This document shows positions 9,237-18,395 of a stretch of 35,259 nt of DNA, piece by piece. Numbering within the stretch: position 1 is the stretch's first letter; every line of letters starts with the position of its first letter. Below the pieces are notes generated by a model. That model saw nothing but the letters and a program-made list of their open reading frames with translations, ran no database searches and was not told where the DNA came from. The translations under genes and the position numbers were made by a program. This DNA is from an uncultured bacterium (GTDB taxonomy: Bacteria > Bacteroidota > Bacteroidia > Bacteroidales > CAIWKO01), in assembly GCA_903916135.1 (NCBI GenBank), contig CAIWVT010000347.1:1-35259 (forward strand). Reading direction: 5' to 3'.

Positions 9237-10679
9237 ATGGAAAATAATGACATTCTCGACGAACTAACGCATGGCGAATACAAATACGGCTTCTTCACCG
9301 ATGTTGAAATGGATTCAGCCCCCAAAGGGCTAAATGAAGACATCATCCGCTTTATTTCTGCGAAGAAAAACGAACCCGAATTCATGCTCGAATTCCGTCT
9401 CAAAGCCTATCAAAAATGGCTCACCATGAAGATGCCCGACTGGGCACACCTCAACATTCCGCCCATTGATTATCAAGAAATAATCTTCTATGCTGCTCCA
9501 AAAAATACCAAAAAACTCGGCAGTCTCGATGAAGTGGACCCCGACTTACTCAAAACTTTCGAGAAACTTGGCATCCCCCTCAACGAACAGAAACTCATGT
9601 CGAGTGTTGCCGTTGATGCCGTCATTGATAGCATTTCTGTAAAAACTACCTATCAAAAGGTATTAGAAGATAAAGGTATCATATTTTGTTCCATCAGCGA
9701 AGCCGTCCAAAATCATCCCGACCTAATTAAAAAATACTTAGGCTCTGTGGTTCCTGTTGGCGACAATTATTTCGCTGCGCTTAATTCCGCTGTCTTCACC
9801 GACGGCTCCTTCTGCTACATCCCCAAAGGTACCCGTTGTCCCATCGAGCTTTCCACCTATTTCCGCATCAATGCAGCCAACACGGGGCAGTTCGAACGCA
9901 CTTTGCTCATTGCCGACGAAGGTGCTTACGTCAGTTACATGGAAGGCTGCACAGCTCCGCAGCGCGATGAAAATCAACTTCATGCCGCCGTAGTAGAAAT
10001 CATCGCACTCGAAGATGCAGAAGTCAAATACTCCACCGTTCAAAATTGGTACCCTGGCGATAAAAACGGCAAGGGCGGCATCTTTAATTTTGTAACCAAG
10101 CGTGGCATCTGCAAGGGCAATAGCTCAAAAATATCGTGGACACAAGTCGAAACTGGCTCTGCAATCACTTGGAAATATCCCAGTTGCATCCTCAAAGGCG
10201 ACAATTCCGTTGGCGAATTCTATTCCGTGGCTGTAACCAACAACCATCAACAAGCTGACACAGGCTCCAAAATGATACATCTTGGCAAAAACTCCAAATC
10301 CACCATCATCTCCAAAGGCATCTCTGCCGGCAAAAGCGACAACTCCTATCGTGGGCTTGTCAAAGTTGCCAAAGGTGCCACCAATGCCCGCAACTATTCC
10401 CAATGCGACTCCCTCCTGATGGGCAGCAAGTGCGGCGCACACACCTATCCCTACATCAAGGTGGACAACAAAACCGCCATTGTCGAGCACGAAGCCACAA
10501 CCTCCAAAATCTCCGACGACCAACTCTTCTACTGCAAACAACGTGGCATAGACCAAGAAAGCGCCATCAACCTCATCGTCAACGGCTATGCCAAAGAAGT
10601 CCTCAACAAACTCCCTATGGAATTCGCCGTCGAAGCCCAAAAACTACTATCCATCAGCCTCGAAGGAAGCGTCGGATAA
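9237..10679 (+). CDS. sufB: Fe-S cluster assembly scaffold protein SufB
   Basis: 480 aa with YKYGF, FRLKAY..W, and the typical C-terminal beta-helix region ending in the [20 protein letters not shown] motif. Confidence 0.92.
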   Translation: MENNDILDELTHGEYKYGFFTDVEMDSAPKGLNEDIIRFISAKKNEPEFMLEFRLKAYQKWLTMKMPDWAHLNIPPIDYQEIIFYAAPKNTKKLGSLDEVDPDLLKTFEKLGIPLNEQKLMSSVAVDAVIDSISVKTTYQKVLEDKGIIFCSISEAVQNHPDLIKKYLGSVVPVGDNYFAALNSAVFTDGSFCYIPKGTRCPIELSTYFRINAANTGQFERTLLIADEGAYVSYMEGCTAPQRDENQLHAAVVEIIALEDAEVKYSTVQNWYPGDKNGKGGIFNFVTKRGICKGNSSKISWTQVETGSAITWKYPSCILKGDNSVGEFYSVAVTNNHQQADTGSKMIHLGKNSKSTIISKGISAGKSDNSYRGLVKVAKGATNARNYSQCDSLLMGSKCGAHTYPYIKVDNKTAIVEHEATTSKISDDQLFYCKQRGIDQESAINLIVNGYAKEVLNKLPMEFAVEAQKLLSISLEGSVG

Positions 10680-10710
10680 AAGATAAACGTATTATCCAAT
10701 CCGCAACCTG

Positions 10711-10779
10711 AAAACTTTAAACTCTGAACTCCAAACTCTAAACCCTGAACTCAAAACTCTAAACTCTGAACTTGAAACC
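10711..10779. repeat. heptamer low-complexity tract
   Basis: Reads aaacttt aaactct gaactcc aaactct aaaccct gaactca aaactct aaactct gaacttg. About ten 7-bp words lie directly after the sufB stop. Confidence 0.8.
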
Positions 10780-10824
10780 TATTCATGCCATCAATCTATA
10801 ATTTTAAATCTAAAATAACAAGTC

Positions 10825-12162
10825 ATGGAACTAAATCCCTTAACCGCCGTTTCGCCTATAGATGGTCGCTATCATAAGGCAAGCGAAATATTATCTGATT
10901 ATTTTTCGGAGTATGCACTCATCAAAAAGCGTGTATATGTGGAAGCAGAGTATTTCATCGAATTGCATGTGGTGGTGCCTTATTTGAAGAGTTTGACGCA
11001 GGAAGATGTGCTGAAAATTCGCAACATTTATTTGGATTTCTCGATGGAAAATGCGCTCAAGGTGAAGGAGTTTGAGGCGGTAACCAATCATGATGTAAAA
11101 GCTGTGGAATATTTTCTGCGCGAGAAGTTTGATACGTTACAGTTGAGCGCATACAAAGAATATATTCATTTCGGGCTAACCTCGCAGGACATCAACAACA
11201 CCGCCATGCCATTGTTGATTAAAGAAGCGCAGATAAACGTACTGCTGCCGATGCTGAATATGCTTACGGATACTTTGAATTTGATGGCGCACGAGTGGAA
11301 ACATATCCCGATGTTAGCACGTACACACGGGCAACCCGCCTCGCCCACTTTGTTGGGCAAGGAGATACGGGTTTTTGTGGAACGTTTACAGAGTCAGATT
11401 CGTTATTTTGATGTGATAGCTTATGAAGGGAAGTTTGGGGGAGCCACCGGCAATTTCAATGCGCATTTTGTTGCGTTTCCGAACACGGATTGGCATGATT
11501 TCGGCAATGTTTTTCTGGATCGTTTGGGATTGAAACGGCAACAATGCACCACCCAAATTGAGCATTACGATAATTTGGCAGCCTATTTCGACACGCTGAA
11601 ACGGGTAAATACCATCTTCATAGATTTGTGTCGCGATGTGTGGACCTATGTTTCGATGGAATATTTTAAACAAAAGATTAAGAAAGATGAAGTAGGTTCG
11701 TCGGCTATGCCGCATAAGGTGAACCCAATAGATTTTGAAAATGCGGAAGGCAACTTCGGAATGGCAAATGCCATACTGGAACATTTGTCGGCAAAGCTGC
11801 CCATTTCGCGCCTGCAACGCGATTTGACGGATTCGACAGTAACACGCAACATAGGTGTGCCGATGGCGCATACGCTCATCGCACTGAAATCGCTGAAGCG
11901 TGGCTTAGATAAACTCATCATCAATGAAAGTAAAATTGCCGCCGACTTGGAACAAAACTGGGCGGTGGTTGCTGAAGCCATTCAAACTATCTTGCGTCGC
12001 GAAAACTATCCTGACCCCTACAACGCCCTGAAAACTTTGACACGAACGCATCAAAGTATCACTAAGGAAAGTATTAGAGAATTTATAGAAAATCTTGACG
12101 TAACAGATGATATTAAAAAGGAGTTGATGGCGATAAGTCCCAGGAGTTATGTGGGGAGGTGA
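10825..12162 (+). CDS. purB: adenylosuccinate lyase
   Basis: 445 aa with LTAVSPIDGRY at the N-terminus, the fumarate-lyase signature region GSSAMPHKVNP, and E. coli-type PurB length. Confidence 0.92.
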   Translation: MELNPLTAVSPIDGRYHKASEILSDYFSEYALIKKRVYVEAEYFIELHVVVPYLKSLTQEDVLKIRNIYLDFSMENALKVKEFEAVTNHDVKAVEYFLREKFDTLQLSAYKEYIHFGLTSQDINNTAMPLLIKEAQINVLLPMLNMLTDTLNLMAHEWKHIPMLARTHGQPASPTLLGKEIRVFVERLQSQIRYFDVIAYEGKFGGATGNFNAHFVAFPNTDWHDFGNVFLDRLGLKRQQCTTQIEHYDNLAAYFDTLKRVNTIFIDLCRDVWTYVSMEYFKQKIKKDEVGSSAMPHKVNPIDFENAEGNFGMANAILEHLSAKLPISRLQRDLTDSTVTRNIGVPMAHTLIALKSLKRGLDKLIINESKIAADLEQNWAVVAEAIQTILRRENYPDPYNALKTLTRTHQSITKESIREFIENLDVTDDIKKELMAISPRSYVGR

Positions 12163-12277
12163 AAGGAATTTATGATTGGTGATAGATGGTGCTTACTAAA
12201 TGGTCTACCGAAAAACATTTTTTCTATTAGCATTAAGCTATTTATAGCTATATTTGCACAAACAAATGCAAGGTAAT

Positions 12278-12409
12278 ATGAAAAATACTCGCAAAACGTG
12301 TGCACTAACACCAAAATATCAAAGTCCAAATCAGCTTATATTAGCTTGTTTTGAGACGCCATTTGAGAAAATGCTCAATCCGAAAAATCGTTGGATTCGT
12401 AATGCGTAA
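12278..12409 (+). pseudogene. N-terminal remnant (43 codons) of an IS5/DUF772-type transposase
   Basis: Translates to MKNTRKTCALTPKYQSPNQLILACFETPFEKMLNPKNRWIRNA*. The QL..F..PF...L.P.NRW segment is the conserved N-terminus of Bacteroidota IS5-like transposases. The reading frame ends immediately afterwards and no DDE domain follows. A TATATTTG box lies at 12249-12256. Confidence 0.5.
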
Positions 12410-12506
12410 TTCGTAGTTTGCCATTCGTAATGCGTAGGGGAATCAACCATACAATGGAATATCATTATAAATGAGTATTTTAACTCCATTAAATTATTTT
12501 TTTTCC

Positions 12507-12735
12507 TTGCAAACCTTATGACAGATTACGTCTAATTTTAAAAAATCAAGCAAGGTTTGTTAACAGATTAGGTCTGATTTTTTAAAATCATGCAGGGTTT
12601 GTTAACAGATTAGGTCTGATTTTTTAAAATCATGCAGGGTTTGTTAACAGATTAGGTCTGATTTTTTAAAATCATGCAAGGTTTGTCAACAGATTACGTC
12701 TGATTTTTTAAAATCACGCAAGGTTTGTCAAACAT
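12507..12735. repeat. 42-bp tandem array (4 good copies plus degenerate ends)
   Basis: The unit gcagggtttgttaacagattaggtctgattttttaaaatcat starts at 12549, 12591, 12633 and 12675, with a partial copy at 12717. The copies at 12591 and 12633 are identical. A degenerate copy starts near 12509. Confidence 0.9.
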
Positions 12736-13057
12736 CCAAATTGGATATTTTACATTTATTGTATGTTTGAATGTTGATAAAATATGCTTTTTAAGTATAT
12801 TTCTACATCAACATAATGGAATATCTTTCTCATAAAAAATAAACATAGATGAGGATTTAAACCTATACATATTTCAAAGAAATAAAACAATTGTATATCA
12901 ATGTGTTATATCTTTCTATAAAAATAAAATCCACCCAATTCAACGGTTCAGAAGTTTTTCGCTCCATAGCTCCTCTTCTCTATGCAAATAAAATAAATTT
13001 TTGGATTTGGAGCCGTATGCGTCCTGCAAACTTTAAGTACTCCAAACTTTAGGCACT

Positions 13058-14998
13058 TCACACTTCCTCTTTATACATATTTCGGTAGCGAACCGCATTG
13101 TCCAATGCATCCATGATCTCGCGTGTGAAACCCGCAGGCTGTTGCTCGGGAAATTCTGCTGTGGTTTCTGCGGTTGTGGCTATCACCTTGGGCATCGCTC
13201 GGTCGCAAATGTCGCGAATATGCTCTCTGTGGAAGTCGTCCATGCCTTCAAAGGTATCGCCAAAGCGGTCGCTGAAGTCGAGCATAGCGGCAACGATAGT
13301 TTTATAGATGATTTCTTTCTTGGGCGTATGACTGCGCACATGTTTGTAGGCTTCCGCCACCAAATGTTTGCCATTTTCGCGAATTTTCTCCGAAACGGGG
13401 ATGTCGCACGAATCCACTTTCACCTTTGTGGGATTGTCGCGCTCCCATTGTGCCATTTCGCGCGCCACTTTTGCATCATAAGCAGAGCGCTTACAATCAA
13501 TAATGAAAAAAGTGTACATATATACTATCTTCGGCATCAGAAACCCCAACTTTTTTTTATCGGTAGCGCGCAATATCTTAAAGAAAGTCTGCCGATCTTT
13601 CTTAGGGATTTTAAACATGAAGTACATAAACATACTTCCCATCATTTTTCGCATCGCCCAAAAGGAAGAAAACCCGGGAGGCTTAGCCATGGGAGTGTAA
13701 TTGATACCTTTTATATAGCCCAACGCACGTTCGAGAAACTTTTCATGCACATAAATCTTATCCCAATAGTCAGCCAACCCCTCAAACAGTTCGATGCGCG
13801 ACATATTTTTTGGAATTATATTGGTGATGATATCCATTTTGTCGCTCGCTTCCTCATGCTCGGTGGTCACCAGACGTCCTTGCCGTTTATAGTCATACCA
13901 CATCTTCGTGCCCGGAGGCGCTGCCAAAGTATGACATATATGGAAGATGATGTTTGCCTCTTGCACGAAATTCGCGGTCTTGTCGAACACCGTTTCGTCG
14001 TCAGAATCTGCGCCAATAATCATGTGAACCAACACCGCCATGCCATAGGACTGAATTTTCTTAATAGCCGCAGTTGCCGACACACCGATATTTTGCTTTT
14101 TGTTCATATCCTTCAGCGAATCATCGTTCACCGATTCAATTCCTATCATCAAGTTATAAAAATTGGCATCGGCTAACAGCTCCAACAGCTCATCGTCCTC
14201 TGCCACCGTGATATCCAATTGGGTAAAGAAGCCCATCGGCACTTTAAACGAGTTGTTTAACACAATTAACTGCCGCAAGAGATCTTTCACATACTTCCTA
14301 TCTCCCGCAAAATTATCATCTGCAATGAAAACCATCATCACTTTCAAATCATTCAACCTACGGATTTCTTCCAACACCTGTTCTATTGATTTGCTGCGCG
14401 GTTTTCGACCGTAAGTATAGATAACATCGCAAAAACTGCAGTCAAATGGACATCCGCGCGTGGTCTGAACCGAAACGGAATTGTAAGCGCAAATATCTTT
14501 CGCTATCAAATCCCAACGGGGGGGCGGAGTTTTGGTCATGTCGGGCTTCGAAACGTTTTTATACACCCGCTGATATGTGCCCGTCTTGTAATCCTCCAAA
14601 AATCTGCCCCAAGTGTCTTCCGCTTCGCCATGAAAAACCACATCAATGTCTTCCTTATTTTTATAGATGAGCGTCTCGACACCGATGCCGCCCACCACTA
14701 ATAATGATTTCGGACAAAATTTCTTACACAACTGTGCTATCTTCAAACTTCGTTGCAGTTGATTAGAAGTGATGCTCACCCCGATGATATCGTAGTCGGT
14801 CTCGGGCAAAAAATCATCCACCGGACCTTTCATGTATTCATCATGGAGCGTAACTTCGTGTTCCCGCGGAGTCAATGCTGCCACCGTGGCGATTGCATGA
14901 GGTGCCGTGAATGCTTTGGCAAACAGATAAGGAATTTGGCGAATAATCAAATTATCAATTTCGTCGGGCGAGCCGGGACTTATGAGGAGTATTTTCAT
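13058..14998 (-). CDS. B12-binding-domain radical SAM protein (class B, DUF4070-type C-terminus)
   Basis: 646 aa. The N-terminal Rossmann-like segment (MKILLISPG..., LLVVGGIG) is followed by the radical-SAM cluster motif TTRGCPFDCSFCDV and a long C-terminal extension. Confidence 0.85.
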   Translation of the reverse strand: MKILLISPGSPDEIDNLIIRQIPYLFAKAFTAPHAIATVAALTPREHEVTLHDEYMKGPVDDFLPETDYDIIGVSITSNQLQRSLKIAQLCKKFCPKSLLVVGGIGVETLIYKNKEDIDVVFHGEAEDTWGRFLEDYKTGTYQRVYKNVSKPDMTKTPPPRWDLIAKDICAYNSVSVQTTRGCPFDCSFCDVIYTYGRKPRSKSIEQVLEEIRRLNDLKVMMVFIADDNFAGDRKYVKDLLRQLIVLNNSFKVPMGFFTQLDITVAEDDELLELLADANFYNLMIGIESVNDDSLKDMNKKQNIGVSATAAIKKIQSYGMAVLVHMIIGADSDDETVFDKTANFVQEANIIFHICHTLAAPPGTKMWYDYKRQGRLVTTEHEEASDKMDIITNIIPKNMSRIELFEGLADYWDKIYVHEKFLERALGYIKGINYTPMAKPPGFSSFWAMRKMMGSMFMYFMFKIPKKDRQTFFKILRATDKKKLGFLMPKIVYMYTFFIIDCKRSAYDAKVAREMAQWERDNPTKVKVDSCDIPVSEKIRENGKHLVAEAYKHVRSHTPKKEIIYKTIVAAMLDFSDRFGDTFEGMDDFHREHIRDICDRAMPKVIATTAETTAEFPEQQPAGFTREIMDALDNAVRYRNMYKEEV

Positions 14999-15014
14999 TT
15001 TATGGAGTAAGAAA

Positions 15015-16115
15015 TTAATTGGTAACAGCTTCTATAAAGCTGAAAGGGGTTGCATTTTCAATAACACGTCGGAAGGCAAATCCCGCCTCAGTCAAAAGTT
15101 TCGTAAATTCTTCAAGCGTTCTTTCCTTCCCGCCTGAAGTTCCAATAAGCATTTGCAAGTCTATAAATTTCCCAAACGAAGGTTTATTATTTGGTTTGAT
15201 AATGGTCTCAATCAATAGCAATTTGCTATGAGGAAGCATGGCTGCACGAATCTTTTGAAGAATTTCTGCGGATGTTGAGTCATCCCAATCGTGCAGTATG
15301 TTTTTCAAGATATAAAGATCACCGTTTGGTGGTATGGATGCGAAAAAACTTCCTTCAACGATGCTACAACGATCATCAACTCCATTTTGTTTTAAGAGAT
15401 TCAGTGCATCGCCCACCACATGTGCCTGGTCGAACAAAATAGCCTCTGTAGCGGGGAATTTTTCCAATATCTGCGCCAACAAATGTCCCTGCCCCCCACC
15501 GATATCAATGATTTTTTTATAGTTGCAGAAGTTATAAGCATTCAAAAATATGCTTCCCGACAATTCTGCGGTCTCCGTCATAGCTTTGTTGAAGATGTTA
15601 TTTTTTTCGGGATGCTTTTCCAGATACTCGAAGGGCTCCATTCCGAATTTATGGGTGATGGCATTCTCGCCGGTCTTCACACAATTCAATAAATCGCCCA
15701 CCAAATCCCAATTGTTCACGCCCACATGATGCATCACGAAGTACTTCACCGAATCTTCCTTTGTTTGGATGGCTTTCGAGAGCTTCGTGTTTGTGAAATG
15801 TTTATCCGAAAGTTCTTTATAGATACCTTCTCCTGCCAAGGTACGCATCATGCGATACAAGGCGTCTTCATTGCATTCCGCGAGGGCTGCTAATTGGGAA
15901 ATCGGCAGGGGTTTTTCCTCCAAATAGTCCGAAATATTTAATTGGGCTGCAACTTCAATGGACTTCGCTTTCCAAATGGCGGAAGCTTCTTCCAACATAA
16001 CAAAATTTGCGGGCAACATTCCTTTTGTAATCTTTACCAAGAAATTGCGCAAGCCCATCGTGGCTTTAATCACAAATAATGGGGGTAGTTTCTTATGTTT
16101 CGCTTTGTCGGGCAT
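15015..16115 (-). CDS. SAM-dependent O-methyltransferase, Methyltransf_2 (COMT/CrtF/BchU-like) family
   Basis: Motifs IIDIGGGQGHLLAQILEKFP, ILFDQAHVV and YILKNILHDWDD, plus an N-terminal winged-helix dimerisation region. The ORF-track start at 16190 runs into the divergent eamA promoter, so the Met at 16115 (MPDKAKHKK) is preferred. The Met at 16058 is also possible. Confidence 0.8.
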   Translation of the reverse strand: MPDKAKHKKLPPLFVIKATMGLRNFLVKITKGMLPANFVMLEEASAIWKAKSIEVAAQLNISDYLEEKPLPISQLAALAECNEDALYRMMRTLAGEGIYKELSDKHFTNTKLSKAIQTKEDSVKYFVMHHVGVNNWDLVGDLLNCVKTGENAITHKFGMEPFEYLEKHPEKNNIFNKAMTETAELSGSIFLNAYNFCNYKKIIDIGGGQGHLLAQILEKFPATEAILFDQAHVVGDALNLLKQNGVDDRCSIVEGSFFASIPPNGDLYILKNILHDWDDSTSAEILQKIRAAMLPHSKLLLIETIIKPNNKPSFGKFIDLQMLIGTSGGKERTLEEFTKLLTEAGFAFRRVIENATPFSFIEAVTN

Positions 16116-16229
16116 GAAGTTTTTCTGCAAAAATACGAATAGTTTATTAGATATCGGATGTACCCAAGATGTTTTTCTGCAATCCGCCAACGAAGGGCAT
16201 CAAATATTTCATTACTTTTGCGCACCTAT

Positions 16230-17132
16230 ATGAAAACAAATAAGGCATTCACATATCTATTGCTCACCCTCGCCATGGTGTTTTGGAGTTTCTCCTACCT
16301 ATGGACACAAACGGTGTTTAAGTACCTCAACCCACTGTCCACGGTGTTCATCCGCTTGGTGATTGCGTCCTTGTTTCTTGTCACTTTGTCATTAATCTTG
16401 GGGAAACTGCAACGCATCAAGCGCAAAGACTTCCACATGTTTCTTTTGTTGGCATTCTTCGAACCTTTGATTTATTATTTGGGCGAAAGTTATGGATTGA
16501 AATATGTTGCGCCAACGGTTGCGGCAATAATCATCTCTACCATACCTTTGTTTGTGCCCTTTGCCATGTTTTTCTTAGCCAAAGAGCCTATCAAATCGGG
16601 AACTTTCTTCGGAATCTTCATTGCCTTTTTGGGAGTATTGATGGTTGTGCTGAATAAAGACTTAAGTTTTGCCGCATCTCCTTTAGGTTTGATGTTTTTG
16701 ATGATAGCCGTGGCAAGTGTTATGGGGTATAGTTATATTTTACAGATGCTTGGCAAGAAATATAATGCCTACACCATCATTTCCATGCAGAACGTAATCG
16801 GAATCTTTTATTTTTTGCCATTAGTTTTACTGTTTGATATGGATATCTTATTCACGGTTCATATAAATTCGGAGTTAGTGTGGAACATCGTGTTGTTGTC
16901 TATATTTGCTTCGGCAATGGCATTCTTTCTATTCACGATTGGCACACAAAAGATAGGTGTTACGAAAGCATCCATATTCACTTACCTGATTCCCATCTTC
17001 ACCGCAACACTTTCTTACTTTATGGGACGCGAAACTTTCACTCCCTTGAAAATAGGCGGCATTTTTGTGGTGATTTTAGGTTTATCGCTATCGCAATTGC
17101 GGCTAAAAAAGTATTTTTCGAGGGACCGTTAG
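16230..17132 (+). CDS. EamA/DMT-superfamily transporter
   Basis: About 300 aa and 10 TM helices in two EamA-like halves. Start moved to the ATG at 16230 (MKTNKAFTYLLLTLAMVFWSFSY). A TACTTTTG box lies at 16213-16220. Confidence 0.8.
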   Translation: MKTNKAFTYLLLTLAMVFWSFSYLWTQTVFKYLNPLSTVFIRLVIASLFLVTLSLILGKLQRIKRKDFHMFLLLAFFEPLIYYLGESYGLKYVAPTVAAIIISTIPLFVPFAMFFLAKEPIKSGTFFGIFIAFLGVLMVVLNKDLSFAASPLGLMFLMIAVASVMGYSYILQMLGKKYNAYTIISMQNVIGIFYFLPLVLLFDMDILFTVHINSELVWNIVLLSIFASAMAFFLFTIGTQKIGVTKASIFTYLIPIFTATLSYFMGRETFTPLKIGGIFVVILGLSLSQLRLKKYFSRDR

Positions 17133-17403
17133 ACGAGTTTGTGCTTTTTATGTGATTTTAGGAGCTATTTGTGGATAAATCATTGATGATGATTCATTTG
17201 ATAAGATAGGTAGTAAGCGAAGGATCGGTTGCCAAATGCTAAGTCGAGGTATCCGAAGACGATATTCGCGTATCCGATTACGATTTGCAGATATAGACTA
17301 ATTGAAGATGAAGAAATTTTTATTTAAAAAAAAATGTTGTGGAATCAAATTATTCGTATCTTTACATTTATTTTCAAAAGTATTAATTTAAAAATCTAAT
17401 TTT

Positions 17404-17793
17404 ATGAATTGTAAGAAATGTGGAGTAGGAAATGAAGCGAATGCTTCGGTATGTGTGAATTGCGGAAGCGATTTGCAAGGGCAACATCAGGAATGTTGTG
17501 GTAATACAAAGTATTCTGATAGTGTGATTATTGGAATCGGCATCTTTTTGATGTTTTCGAAATTGTTTTGGATGGTTTTCTCAAAAATGAGTTCGGAGAA
17601 TTGGCATACATTGCAGTATGTAAGTCATTTCTTCGGTCTAATTTGGGCGGCTATACCATTGCTGCTTGCTTTTGTTGTGAAAAACAAAGTGTGGAAGATA
17701 ATTTTAATCGTTAGCGGCGGACTTTACGCTCTGCTGAGTTTGATTGATATCTACAGGGAACTGATGAATTCTTTTGTTCGTTTCAATTTTTAA
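17404..17793 (+). CDS. zinc-ribbon domain membrane protein
   Basis: The N-terminus has CKKCG ... CVNCG, a CxxC-x-CxxC zinc ribbon, followed by three predicted TM helices. Confidence 0.65.
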   Translation: MNCKKCGVGNEANASVCVNCGSDLQGQHQECCGNTKYSDSVIIGIGIFLMFSKLFWMVFSKMSSENWHTLQYVSHFFGLIWAAIPLLLAFVVKNKVWKIILIVSGGLYALLSLIDIYRELMNSFVRFNF

Positions 17794-17882
17794 TAAACCC
17801 CTTACGAGGAGGTTCAAGCCATTGTAAGCCTATCAATATTATAAATATGCAACTTGCTAATAATAAGGTGTGAATTTCTCAA

Positions 17883-18271
17883 TATAGCGGTTAAATAGTG
17901 AAATATAAAAGGTAACACACCAGTAAAAACGGGCAATTAGCTTCATATAGAGATTAACAAACTCTCTATAGACATGAATTTGTCCTCTATAGAGATTAAC
18001 GACCTCTTTATAGACATAAATTTGTCCTCTATAGAGATTAACGACCTCTTTATAGACATAGATTTGTCCTCTATAGAGATTAATGAGTCCTCTATAGAGA
18101 TTAACGACCTCTCTATAGCGGGCAATGAACCAATGATAGCGGGTAATGAGCTCTCTATAGCGGGCAACATCCTCTCTATAGCGGGCAAATAGGTTTATAT
18201 AGCGGGTAATTCATCAAATATAGCGGGCAACAAGCCATATATAGCGGGTAACGCACTACCACTATGTTTCC
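17883..18271. repeat. 21-bp tandem array A (18 in-register units) plus terminal unique 11 nt
   Basis: TATAG anchors fall at 17883 + 21n without a single slip. There are 3 degenerate units, then 8 units of type tataga[g/c]at..., then 7 units of type tatagcggg[c/t]aa.... The array ends in cgcactaccactatgtttcc. Confidence 0.93.
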
Positions 18272-18347
18272 AACAGTTTGTTACCAACGAATGATGTCCT
18301 AATCCAAAATCTCAAATCGTAAATAAGGAGTTACTATCTACATTTTT

Positions 18348-18379
18348 TTGTTTACGTATTGATATTATTAGTAATTTTG
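18348..18379 (+). promoter_or_regulatory. putative promoter for rarA
   Basis: TTG at 18348-18350, then 21 bp, then TAATTTTG (matches TAnnTTTG) at 18372-18379, 17 bp before the ATG. Confidence 0.3.
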
Positions 18380-18395
18380 GGCTTTAATTTGAGAT

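Noticed and set aside
10125-10640. A 171-aa antisense ORF inside sufB. Similar internal or antisense ORFs lie in BASS (26508..26849, 26578..26934, 26626..27207, 26967..27332), purB (11386..11871, 11646..11981) and the 19871 gene (20297..20602, 20599..20994).
   Set aside because: All lie within well-supported genes and have aberrant composition (G/F/V-rich or P/H/R-rich). They are artefacts of skewed codon usage.
12147-12329. A 60-aa minus-strand ORF overlapping the purB stop, and the 62-aa ORF at 5379..5567.
   Set aside because: Both lie in AT-rich intergenic sequence, have hydrophobic low-complexity translations and no promoter or context support. The first also overlaps the IS-remnant promoter region.
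13142-14176. A 344-aa plus-strand ORF opposite the radical SAM gene, and smaller ORFs at 13098..13307, 13503..13700, 14163..14414 and 14446..14670.
   Set aside because: These are shadow ORFs inside a confidently assigned minus-strand gene with biased third positions.
16116-16229. The longer starts of the methyltransferase ORF (16190) and the EamA ORF (16158), which would overlap each other.
   Set aside because: Both extensions lack family-typical sequence and would overlap the divergent promoter region, which includes TACTTTTG at 16213-16220. Internal Met starts give normal-length proteins.
17170-17178. A perfect DnaA box (tgtggataa, i.e. TTATCCACA on the minus strand), and the idea that 17.1-18.3 kb or the 10.7-kb spacer is oriC.
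   Set aside because: Only one perfect box is present, which is about what chance predicts in 35 kb on both strands. There is no box cluster, no dnaA or dnaN, and no obvious DUE. The third-position composition does not switch at 17-18 kb. The 10.7-kb spacer is only 145 bp and has just a 7/9 box (ttatccaat).
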